A stretch of 32,000 nt of DNA from Nostoc punctiforme PCC 73102. GTDB lineage: Bacteria > Cyanobacteriota > Cyanobacteriia > Cyanobacteriales > Nostocaceae. The notes below the pieces were generated by a model. The model saw only the letters and a program-made list of their open reading frames with translations. It was not told where the DNA came from and searched no databases. Of this stretch, positions 24,176 to 32,000 are shown piece after piece (positions within the stretch are counted from its first letter, which is position 1; every line of letters starts with the position of its first letter). The stretch is taken from assembly GCF_000020025.1 (NCBI RefSeq), contig NC_010628.1, forward strand, positions 8,070,001 to 8,102,000. The letters are read 5' to 3'. Both the position numbers and the translations under genes were made by a program.

Positions 24176-25249
24176 GTGATAGTAATGGCAAATCTCAGAG
24201 ATACAGAGAATGGATGGTCGCAGTTAACTCGTGGTGCGCCATTGGCAGTAATGTTAGCAGCAGCACTCTACATTTTATATCAACTTTTACCAGTATTAGA
24301 ACTTTTAGTTATTGCAGCATTGATTGCTTTAATTTTGAGAACCCTATTAAGGTTTTTACAAAAGTTAGTCAAATCACAGGATGTTGCTGTTTTGCTACTA
24401 ATTGGATTAATCATCGGATTTGTTGTGGTATTAGCTACTGTAGTTGTGCCTAGTGTGACATTTGAATCTCAAAAATTAATCAAAACATTACCAACTTATC
24501 TCAATAGATTGACAGGAGATGTTGAGCAGCTACGTCAGAAATTCACTTTCATTCCTGACATTTCCCAAGCACTAATACAATTACGGAATTTGACCGACCA
24601 TTTACTAGGAGGAGTACCCGTTTTCTTAGGTGAAGCTTTAAATTTAACCATTGAGTTGGTAGCAACGTTAATTTTAGCGCTTTACATGGCTTACGATCCT
24701 AATTCCTTAGTGAAAGGGATTTTAAGATTAGTACCAAGGCGACATCATCAACGATTTAAACGAATCCTTAAGGCTTGTGAGACAAGATTGCGAGGCTGGA
24801 TTTTTGGGACAGGAATAGCGATGATATTTCTGGGTGCTGGAGCAACATTTGGACTTTTGATTTTGGGGATTCCGTCAGCTCTACCATTTGGTATTATTGC
24901 AGGATTATTTGAAATAATTCCTTACTTTGGTTCGGTCATTGGTGCTTTTTTACCAGCATTAGTAGCATTGAGTATTTCACCGCTAAAGTTAGTATTTGTG
25001 TTGATACTTTTCTTTGTAATGAATCAAATAGATGCCCATGTTGTTCAGCCTTTAGTGATGGGTCAGCAAGTTAATATCCATCCAGTGATGGTGATTGTGA
25101 CATTTTTGGTAATGGGTAAGCTATTTGGATTTATTGGTGTGCTGCTTGCAGTGCCTGCGGCAGCAGTCATAATTACGCTTATTGATGAGTTTACGCCTGA
25201 AGAAAAGCTGATAGAGCCAGTAGAAGTTGAAACTGGAATAGATGTTTAA
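24176..25249 (+). CDS. AI-2E family transporter (PerM/UPF0118 permease)
   Basis: It is a multi-TM protein with family-typical segments LILALYMAYDP, FEIIPYFGSVIGAFLPALVAL and QVNIHPVMVIVTFLVMGKLFGFIGVLLAVPAAAVI. The start is GTG at 24176 or ATG at 24185. Confidence 0.9.
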   Translation: MIVMANLRDTENGWSQLTRGAPLAVMLAAALYILYQLLPVLELLVIAALIALILRTLLRFLQKLVKSQDVAVLLLIGLIIGFVVVLATVVVPSVTFESQKLIKTLPTYLNRLTGDVEQLRQKFTFIPDISQALIQLRNLTDHLLGGVPVFLGEALNLTIELVATLILALYMAYDPNSLVKGILRLVPRRHHQRFKRILKACETRLRGWIFGTGIAMIFLGAGATFGLLILGIPSALPFGIIAGLFEIIPYFGSVIGAFLPALVALSISPLKLVFVLILFFVMNQIDAHVVQPLVMGQQVNIHPVMVIVTFLVMGKLFGFIGVLLAVPAAAVIITLIDEFTPEEKLIEPVEVETGIDV

Positions 25250-25550
25250 TCGAACGATTGAATAAGCAATTATCCAGCAATTTATAAGCCATAACCAAAA
25301 CGTAGAATGATTACTCTAAGAACGTGCAAATGGCAAGGCGATCGCAACATTTAATTATAACGAATTATGAAACAAACATCATCTCAACTTCATTTGTATT
25401 GTGTTTAGCAATTTAAAAATTCCATTGCTCAACTTGTCGCTTGTCAAGCTATCTAAATAGCAGCTTATCAAAAAAAAGTAGTTAAAATTCAAAAATGCGT
25501 TTGCGTCTGTGAATGAAGAATTTGTGGCTGCTCATATTTCTGCTGTAAGA

Positions 25551-28500
25551 TCAGACACTTCTTCCTTCTAGCCTTGCCTGAAGGGGGATAGAAACAATAA
25601 ATTCAGCCCCTTGTCCTAAAACGGATACACATTCCAACTGTCCTCGATGCTTTTTAGTCACAATCTGGTAACTAATAGATAGCCCTAAACCAGTACCTTT
25701 ACCAACAGCTTTGGTAGTGAAAAAGGGTGTGAAGAGTTGCGATCGCACATTTTCACTGATACCAGAACCGTTATCAGCAATGCGAATGACCGCGAAATCG
25801 CCTTCAACAGTAGTACGAATTGTAATGATACTTGGCTGATGTGCGATATCGGCATAAGTCCGATGTTCGTTAAATTCCTCTAAAGAATCGATCGCATTTG
25901 CGATCAGGTTCATAAATACCTGATTTAGTTGGCCAGGGTAGCACTCTACAGGTGGCAGGTTGCCGTACTCCTGTATTACCTGAATTCCCGGAGAGTCTGG
26001 CTGGGGTTTGAGCCGATTTTGCAAAATCATTAGCGTACTATTAATGCCCTCATGGATATTAACGGCTTTAACATCAGCTTCGTCTAGGCGGGAAAAGTTT
26101 CGTAAAGATAATACAATTTGACGAATGCGATCGGTTCCTACTTTCATTGAAGCCAACAGCTTAGGTAAGTCTTCCATCAAAAAATCTAAGTCAAATGCAT
26201 CTATTTCATCTTGAACTTTAGGTGGTAAATTCTGGTTTTGCTGCTGATAAAGTTGTACTACACTCATCAAGTCTTTGACATAATTATTTACGTAAGTCAG
26301 GTTGCCGTAGATAAAGCTGACTGGGTTATTAATTTCGTGAGCAACGCCTGCCACCAACTGCCCCAGGCTAGACATTTTTTCGCTTTGCACCATCTGAGAC
26401 TGGGTAAGCTTCAATTCATCGAGCGTGTGTTCTAGCTGCTTTGCTTTCTCACGCGCTTGTGTTTCCGAAATTTCTAACTCTTGGGAGTATATGTGCAAAT
26501 TTGTGTATAGCCGAGCATTTTCTATAGAGATGGAAACTTGCGAAGTTAATAAGTTCAGTACCTCTAATCGATCTGCGGTAAAGACTCCGGTAGTGAGGTT
26601 ATTTTCCAGGTAAAGAACTCCAGTTAGCTTACCCTGATGAGCGAAAGGCAAACACAAAATTGATTTGGGTTGATTGGCAATAATATAGTTGTCACTTACA
26701 AAACGCTCTGTGTGACTAGCATCGTCTAAAACCAAATTTTCTTTTGTTCTTTCAACATAGTTAATTAGTAAAGCTGGCAATTTATGCTTTACTTGCACCA
26801 GACTGGACGATCGCACTGTCACTTGGTCTCGATCGGTATTTCCTTCGGCTTCAATCACCCACTGGTTATCTTGTTTTACAAGTAGATAACCCATTTGGGC
26901 ACCAGCATTCTCGATCGCGATCGTCATCATTTTCTCCAGCAGAGGATTTAACTCCATCTCGCTTGAGAGTGCCTGCGATGCTTTAATTGCTGTGCTTAAA
27001 TCCAGAGTTTGGGTTTTAGCTTCAGAAATATCCCGAATCTGCTTTGTAGCAGTACTACGCCCATTTACCTCCCCGACTGAATCTCTAAAAAGTTGGGAGT
27101 ATTGTTCATCCAGTTGCCGGACTTTAGCCGTAGCTTCCCACTTGAGATAGCAATAGCGGGCTTCTTTAAAATAAACTTTGGCAAAGTTTTTTCTCTCCTT
27201 TGCCAAGTAAAATCGAAATGCGAGTTCGTTTGCTAAGGCTTCATTCTGTAAATAACCGTTTTCGGCGGCAGAAGCGATCGCTAGGTCATACAACTCCATT
27301 GCCTGATAATCTTGTTTATAAATCCGAGCCACTTCTGCTTGAATCAGCAGGAACTTGTGTTGATAATTGCTTGGGCAGTGTATTGCCCATTGCTGGAATT
27401 TTTCTAAGTTTGCATTTAGTTTGTGCAGATAAATGACTTGAGTTGCGGTATCTGCATCCGTATAACCCCCTGCTAAGGCAATACTTTGGTGAAAATAGAA
27501 AACAGGATTAATAAAAATTCCTCGCGCTCCCGCAACAAATTTTTCGGCATTCTCTGCATACTCAACAGCTTTGGTATACTCTCCATACCAGTTACAGAGC
27601 GCGAGTTTATAGATGTAAACTACAAATGCACTCAACATATCTGAAGATGCCAATGCAAACTCTAGTACTTGCCGTTCATCTGCCCAAGTTCCCACAAGTT
27701 GGTCAATCTTACCTGCTGGCTTAGTCAGGTTAGCGATCGCTTCCATCGCCAGCAGATGGTAGTTCAACATATTTTTGTCAATCTTGCGGAGGCTAGGAAT
27801 AAAATCTTCGGCTACTTCTGCGGTTTTTTCTAAGGATTCATTTCCAAATAAGCATTGCCATAAAAAATTAACTGAACAATAACCAGACCATTGATAAGAA
27901 CCTGTTTCTAAACCACTATTAAATCCCTTCAATAAATAAGGTTTTGCCTGGCTAATATGGTCTTTATAGTGACAGATTAAACCTCCCCACATATTCAAAA
28001 TATTCGCTTCTAATTCTTTCGTTCTTAAAATTTCATGCAAACGCAGAGATAGCTCACCAAACTCATAACCTGAATCTACCTCACCATATTCAAATACTAA
28101 GTTGAAGGAATACAGCATGTAACCAAATACAGAAATCGGTGAGTTGCCATACTGAACTGAAAGTTGAGTTATATTCATTGATGTGATATGCAACGCTTTA
28201 GATCCTAAAAAGTAGGCAATAGGCCAGACTTCTTTTAGGATGCGTTGAGCCATTAACTTCTCTTCGTCTTGCATTGGTGGTAATTCTGCGAGACTAAAGG
28301 TTGAGCGATCGCCAATAACTTTTTTGGTTTGATTAAGTTTTTCTAATAGATATGCATCATCGGGATAAGCTGCAAACTCCAAGCCTAAAAGCTCCAAAGT
28401 ATTTAACCCAATTTTATATGCGGAGTTTAAATCATTCTCCATGCGATAACACATAATCCGATATTCATTCACTCGACACATATCGAGAGTAGTTTGAACC

Positions 28501-31004
28501 TGGCTGAAAGTCTGCTCGAAAATCAGCAAAGCTTCCTCATATTTTCCATTTAAAAATTCTGCCTCTCCAGATTGTAAATATAAAGTTAACGTGAGTAAAT
28601 AATTATCCTGCCAGGTTTTATCAGGTAGATAACTCATCCCTGTTTTCAGCAATTTGAGTGCAGTTACAAACGCCGAAGATGATTTTGCTCGCTGTCCTGC
28701 TTTCAGATTTAATTCTGCCAGTTCATATCTTTCTGCTGGTTCCACAATCAATGAACTACCAGCATTGAGATGGTTGACGATATCAAAAAGATGTTCTTCT
28801 AACTGGGCTTTTTCAGTATTATGTAATAGTAGTTTTCCAATTTTCAGATGCACTTCTTGTTGCTGATCGGTTGGAATTAAAGAATAGGCAGCTTGCTGAA
28901 CGCGATCGTGCAAGAATTTATAGTCAACTTGTATCGCAGTATCGCAGTAAGTTGCCAATTCCGACTGATTCAACAATTGAGGAATTTTGTAAGTATCGCT
29001 TAAGGGTAGAATTAATCCCGCCCGTAAAGCTTCCCATAAATCAACTGCTGTTGCTGATGGAGATTTTTCGTTTACTACAGCTAGAATTTCTAAATTAAAA
29101 CGGTTGCCAACACAAGCAGCTAATTGTAAAACTTGCTGCGTCGGTTCTGACAATCTCTGAATTTTATTCACCATTAAATCTACTACATTATCGGTAATGG
29201 CTTGTTCCTGAATTCTGTTGAGATCCCACTTCCAGAAACCCGAACGATAATCAAATGTCAAAAGATTATCTTGATGTAATACTTTTAGTAACTGAGTCAA
29301 GAAAAATGGATTACCTTGGGTTTTTTGAAATAGCAAATCAGCTAAAGGTTCTGCCTGGGATGATTCGCAATTGAACGTGTCAGTAACCAATTGAGTAATA
29401 TGAGGTGCTGCTAATGGCTTCAAAAGTAACTCTTCAACGGTTGCCCCAAATGCTTGAATTGTCTCTAGCATTAGCATCAGTGGATGGGTGGGACTAACTT
29501 CGTTATCTCGGTAAGCCCCAATCAGCAATAAATACCGACTTTCTGGGTCAGTCATCAAATTTTCGACCAGGTTGACAGAGGCAGCATCTGCCCATTGGAG
29601 GTCATCTAAAAACAATACTAAGGGATGTTCAGCACCAGTAAAGGCATGGATAAATTGCTTAAACACCCGATTAAAACGATTTTGAGACTCAGCAACGCCC
29701 AACTGCGGTACAGGCGCTTGCTGCCCAATAATCAGTTCTACTTCCGGGATGACATCAATAATAACTTGACCGTTAGCTCCCAATGCTCGTAGTAATTTAT
29801 TTTTCCAAACCTCAACTCTGGCTTGGGTTTCAGCTAACAGTTGTCGCATCAATTCTCGAAATGCTTGAATCAAAGAAGCATAAGGAATATCTCGCTTGAG
29901 TTGATCAAATTTGCCACCGATGAAGTAACCTCGTTGCCGGACAATCGGTTTGTGAACTTCGTTAACTAGTGAGGATTTGCCGATACCTGAATATCCTCCT
30001 ACCAACACAACTTCGCTAGAACCAAGGCTAACTTTTTCAAAGGCAGCCATTAAAGCTGCCACTTCTACTTCCCGACCGTAAAGTTTTTGAGCTATTTGGA
30101 ATTGATGCGAAAAATCTTGCTGGCCTAGTGTAAAAAGCTCAATACTTCCTTTTGTTTGCAGTTGTATTGCTGCTTGCTCTAAATCAGCCTTTAACCCGTA
30201 AGCACTCTGGTAGCGGTCTTCAGCAGTTTTGCTCAGGAGCTTCATAGCGATCGCAGAGATTCCCAGTGGTACATTAGGATTAATCTCGTGCGGAGCTATA
30301 GGAATTTTCGCAATGTGACAATGCACTAACTCCATTGAGTCTTGAGCATTGTGGAAGGGAAGCTGACCCGTCAGCATTTCGTAGAAACTGACACCTAATG
30401 AGTAAAAATCTGTACGATAATCTAAGGTTCGGTTGATACGTCCGGTTTGCTCTGGCGACATATAAGCCAGTGTTCCTTCTAGAAGGTTGAGGCTAGTAAT
30501 TTCTGGACTTTCTTTTGATAACAACGAAGCGATGCTGAAATCAATCAGTTTTACTTTTTCGGTATTGGGGTTATAAAGAATATTTTCGGGTTTAAGATCC
30601 TTATGGATAATGTGGTGGGTATGTAACTCTCCCAAAGTTTCAGTAATTTGAGCGGCAATGTTCAGAAATTTTGTAAGTTCAATCCCTGTAGTAGATATCT
30701 GATGTTTTAAGGTTTCTCCACCAAAGTCTTCTAAAACCAGTGCTAGACCATTATTGTAGCCGTTGTCATAACTGATTAATTCATGGACTTTAATTACACC
30801 TGCAATATTCAAATTTTGGATGATTTCGTATTCGTGCTTGAGTTGGGCAATCTCTTTGATACTGGGATACTCTGCTTTGAGCAGTTTGATAACAACTGAG
30901 TGTCCGTTAGCCTTGGAGTATCCTCGATAAATTACTGTGGCAGCAGCTTCATAAATTAAACTTGTAATACTATAGTCAGGGATGTGAGCAATTAATTTAA
31001 ACAT
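25551..31004 (-). CDS. Multi-sensor Ser/Thr kinase - AAA_16/STAND ATPase - TPR-like - GAF - histidine kinase fusion (HstK-type multi-kinase), 1817 aa
   Basis: The Ser/Thr kinase catalytic loop HKDLKPEN lies at nt 30582-30605, with VVIKLLK Lys, a DFS (DFG-like) motif and SPEQ. Walker A GYSGIGKS lies at 29973-29996, followed by [10 protein letters not shown] (Walker B). A long helical-repeat region comes next. The GAF-like block is [17 protein letters not shown]...[11 protein letters not shown]. The HisKA H-box [11 protein letters not shown] has its His codon at 26337-26339. The HATPase_c N/G boxes are [14 protein letters not shown] and GKGTGLGLS. Confidence 0.95.
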   Translation of the reverse strand: MFKLIAHIPDYSITSLIYEAAATVIYRGYSKANGHSVVIKLLKAEYPSIKEIAQLKHEYEIIQNLNIAGVIKVHELISYDNGYNNGLALVLEDFGGETLKHQISTTGIELTKFLNIAAQITETLGELHTHHIIHKDLKPENILYNPNTEKVKLIDFSIASLLSKESPEITSLNLLEGTLAYMSPEQTGRINRTLDYRTDFYSLGVSFYEMLTGQLPFHNAQDSMELVHCHIAKIPIAPHEINPNVPLGISAIAMKLLSKTAEDRYQSAYGLKADLEQAAIQLQTKGSIELFTLGQQDFSHQFQIAQKLYGREVEVAALMAAFEKVSLGSSEVVLVGGYSGIGKSSLVNEVHKPIVRQRGYFIGGKFDQLKRDIPYASLIQAFRELMRQLLAETQARVEVWKNKLLRALGANGQVIIDVIPEVELIIGQQAPVPQLGVAESQNRFNRVFKQFIHAFTGAEHPLVLFLDDLQWADAASVNLVENLMTDPESRYLLLIGAYRDNEVSPTHPLMLMLETIQAFGATVEELLLKPLAAPHITQLVTDTFNCESSQAEPLADLLFQKTQGNPFFLTQLLKVLHQDNLLTFDYRSGFWKWDLNRIQEQAITDNVVDLMVNKIQRLSEPTQQVLQLAACVGNRFNLEILAVVNEKSPSATAVDLWEALRAGLILPLSDTYKIPQLLNQSELATYCDTAIQVDYKFLHDRVQQAAYSLIPTDQQQEVHLKIGKLLLHNTEKAQLEEHLFDIVNHLNAGSSLIVEPAERYELAELNLKAGQRAKSSSAFVTALKLLKTGMSYLPDKTWQDNYLLTLTLYLQSGEAEFLNGKYEEALLIFEQTFSQVQTTLDMCRVNEYRIMCYRMENDLNSAYKIGLNTLELLGLEFAAYPDDAYLLEKLNQTKKVIGDRSTFSLAELPPMQDEEKLMAQRILKEVWPIAYFLGSKALHITSMNITQLSVQYGNSPISVFGYMLYSFNLVFEYGEVDSGYEFGELSLRLHEILRTKELEANILNMWGGLICHYKDHISQAKPYLLKGFNSGLETGSYQWSGYCSVNFLWQCLFGNESLEKTAEVAEDFIPSLRKIDKNMLNYHLLAMEAIANLTKPAGKIDQLVGTWADERQVLEFALASSDMLSAFVVYIYKLALCNWYGEYTKAVEYAENAEKFVAGARGIFINPVFYFHQSIALAGGYTDADTATQVIYLHKLNANLEKFQQWAIHCPSNYQHKFLLIQAEVARIYKQDYQAMELYDLAIASAAENGYLQNEALANELAFRFYLAKERKNFAKVYFKEARYCYLKWEATAKVRQLDEQYSQLFRDSVGEVNGRSTATKQIRDISEAKTQTLDLSTAIKASQALSSEMELNPLLEKMMTIAIENAGAQMGYLLVKQDNQWVIEAEGNTDRDQVTVRSSSLVQVKHKLPALLINYVERTKENLVLDDASHTERFVSDNYIIANQPKSILCLPFAHQGKLTGVLYLENNLTTGVFTADRLEVLNLLTSQVSISIENARLYTNLHIYSQELEISETQAREKAKQLEHTLDELKLTQSQMVQSEKMSSLGQLVAGVAHEINNPVSFIYGNLTYVNNYVKDLMSVVQLYQQQNQNLPPKVQDEIDAFDLDFLMEDLPKLLASMKVGTDRIRQIVLSLRNFSRLDEADVKAVNIHEGINSTLMILQNRLKPQPDSPGIQVIQEYGNLPPVECYPGQLNQVFMNLIANAIDSLEEFNEHRTYADIAHQPSIITIRTTVEGDFAVIRIADNGSGISENVRSQLFTPFFTTKAVGKGTGLGLSISYQIVTKKHRGQLECVSVLGQGAEFIVSIPLQARLEGRSV

Positions 31005-31361
31005 TAATACTTGTCTGAATGTTGTTTTTTAATAAATTTTGGTGGCTCCTATGATAGTTCCCAGAATTCAAGTCAAGTTAACTCTTCAGATGCTAATTAA
31101 ATAAAGATTAGCTTCCCTAATCTTTAGCACCACGCAATGACTATAAACTTTTTCGTACAGTGTGTACAGTTCGTTGATTTACGTAATAATCTAAGTCTAG
31201 TTGTGCTAGATAACTGGTGAATTTACTTACTTGCGTCAGTCTAAGAGCCACAAATACAGATTTGTACTGAAGCGAACGATCGCCAGCAAATAAGCATTGC
31301 GATCTTTCAAGTTTGGGTAAAACACATCAGGCTTGGTTATTATTGCTGATTTATTGATAGC

Positions 31362-31403
31362 TTTGTCAAAATATTGACAAAATTACCCGATTGTCAAATA
31401 ACT
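31362..31403 (+). promoter_or_regulatory. Candidate promoter overlapped by a palindromic operator upstream of the SDR gene
   Basis: TTTGTCAA-aata-TTGACAAA (31362-31369 / 31374-31381) has perfect 8-bp inverted arms. A third half-site TTGTCAAA lies at 31391-31398. The arm TTGACA (31374-31379) is a consensus -35 hexamer, and ATAACT lies 18 nt downstream as a possible -10. The ATG is at 31439. Confidence 0.35.
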
Positions 31404-31438
31404 GAGGTGACAGGTTCAACAACGAAAAAGTAAAAATC

Positions 31439-32000
31439 ATGAATAGCAATATTAAGAAACTTACAGGTAAAGTTGCCCTAGTTACAGGTGGTTCACGGGG
31501 TATTGGTGCTGCGATCGCTAAACGTCTGGCTGAAGACGGCGCAGACATTGCCATCAGTTACGCCACCTCATCGGAAACGGCCGCGATCGTTGTCCGGGAA
31601 CTCGAAGAAAAAGGCGTTAGTGCCGCCGCTTTCAAAGCCGACCAAGCCGATCCTCTCCAGGTTGGGAATTTGGTTAAGATGGTCGCCGAACGCTTTGGTC
31701 GTCTCGATATTCTCGTGAACAACGCTGGTATATTTGTCCTTGGTGTAGTTGGCGATTCTGCAAGCGATATTGCCTCCTTTGAACGGCAGTTTGCGATCAA
31801 TGTCGGTGGCGTAGTGGCTGCCGTCCGCGCGGCTGTACCACTCATGACTGAAGGTGGACGAATCATCTCCATTGGCTCCTGTGTTGGAACCCATTCCCTT
31901 TGGGCAGGAATCTCCGATTATTCAGCAACTAAATCTGCGATCGCTGGCTACACGCGCGGATGGGCACGTGACCTGGGGTCGAGGGCGATTACAGTTAACG
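31439..32000 (+). CDS. Short-chain dehydrogenase/reductase (FabG-like SDR); N-terminal 187 codons, continuing past the right window edge
   Basis: Hand translation gives MNSNIKKLTGKVALVTGGSRGIGAAIAKRLAEDGADIAISYATSSETAAIVVRELEEKGVSAAAFKADQADPLQVGNLVKMVAERFGRLDILVNNAGI...SDYSATKSAIAGYTRGWARDLG.. It has the TGxxxGIG cofactor motif, NNAG, and the YxxxK active site (YSATK). It is missing from the ORF track because it is truncated. The long antisense ORFs here reflect its high GC. Confidence 0.9.
   Translation, partial: MNSNIKKLTGKVALVTGGSRGIGAAIAKRLAEDGADIAISYATSSETAAIVVRELEEKGVSAAAFKADQADPLQVGNLVKMVAERFGRLDILVNNAGIFVLGVVGDSASDIASFERQFAINVGGVVAAVRAAVPLMTEGGRIISIGSCVGTHSLWAGISDYSATKSAIAGYTRGWARDLGSRAITVN

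Noticed and set aside
26238-29098. Five + strand ORFs inside the multi-kinase gene.
   Set aside because: They lie antisense to an uninterrupted 1817-codon gene with verified catalytic motifs.
31155-31167. GTACAGTGTGTAC looks like an NtcA-type GTA-N8-TAC site.
   Set aside because: The spacer is 7 nt, not 8. It is better described as a direct repeat of TGTACA, and no suitably placed -10 box was seen.
31366-31894. ORFs 31366-31554 (-), 31488-31718 (+), 31558-31872 (-) and 31568-31894 (-).
   Set aside because: They are artefacts of the GC-rich SDR coding region. The SDR frame carries TGxxxGIG, NNAG and YxxxK motifs.
1-32000. I searched for CRISPR arrays, tRNA/rRNA/tmRNA/RNase P, reverse transcriptase (retron/DGR), TnpB/IscB-type elements and toxin-antitoxin pairs.
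   Set aside because: No regularly spaced 28-40-nt direct repeats were found. No conserved RNA-gene motifs and no matching protein signatures were found in any frame. The only transposase is a decayed DDE (IS5-type) gene.

Overview
This 32-kb chromosomal segment looks like a filamentous, Nostocales-type cyanobacterium. The evidence is many HIP1 octamers (GCGATCGC, well over 20 by eye), STRR1-type CCCCAGT heptamers, Nostoc-style hairpin MITEs, an HstK-type Ser/Thr+His multi-kinase and a long pentapeptide-repeat protein. I support about 22 protein-coding genes. Two are truncated at the window edges and so are missing from the ORF track. Most are unrelated, mixed-orientation genes: APC permease, Tat-exported GMC oxidoreductase, thymidylate kinase, GAF-LuxR regulator, HTH-fused AAA_35-like ATPase, secreted 905-aa zincin metalloprotease, alpha/beta hydrolase, PNPOx/HugZ-like protein, aldo/keto reductase, thioredoxin-fold protein, AI-2E transporter, 1817-aa multi-kinase and an SDR. 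A decayed IS5-family element with intact 15-bp terminal inverted repeats and a 6-bp target duplication sits exactly at the metalloprotease stop codon. Two copies of one MITE family and several other hairpin repeats occupy intergenic DNA. I found no CRISPR array, tRNA/rRNA, reverse transcriptase, prophage or recognisable defence operon. Five candidates might be undescribed biology; all are hypotheses needing database and structure checks. (i) An orphan 330-aa protein has a degenerate PARG/macrodomain signature (GVG-X7-QGP and GGGAFGN). (ii) An HTH-AAA_35/STAND-like ATPase has an upstream palindrome and a convergent orphan beta-rich ORF. (iii) A two-gene module pairs an internally duplicated helical protein with a pentapeptide-repeat protein. 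(iv) A signal-peptide-bearing Arg/Tyr hyper-basic small protein. (v) A 1.45-kb non-coding tract has repeats, a broken ORF and an orphan terminator.
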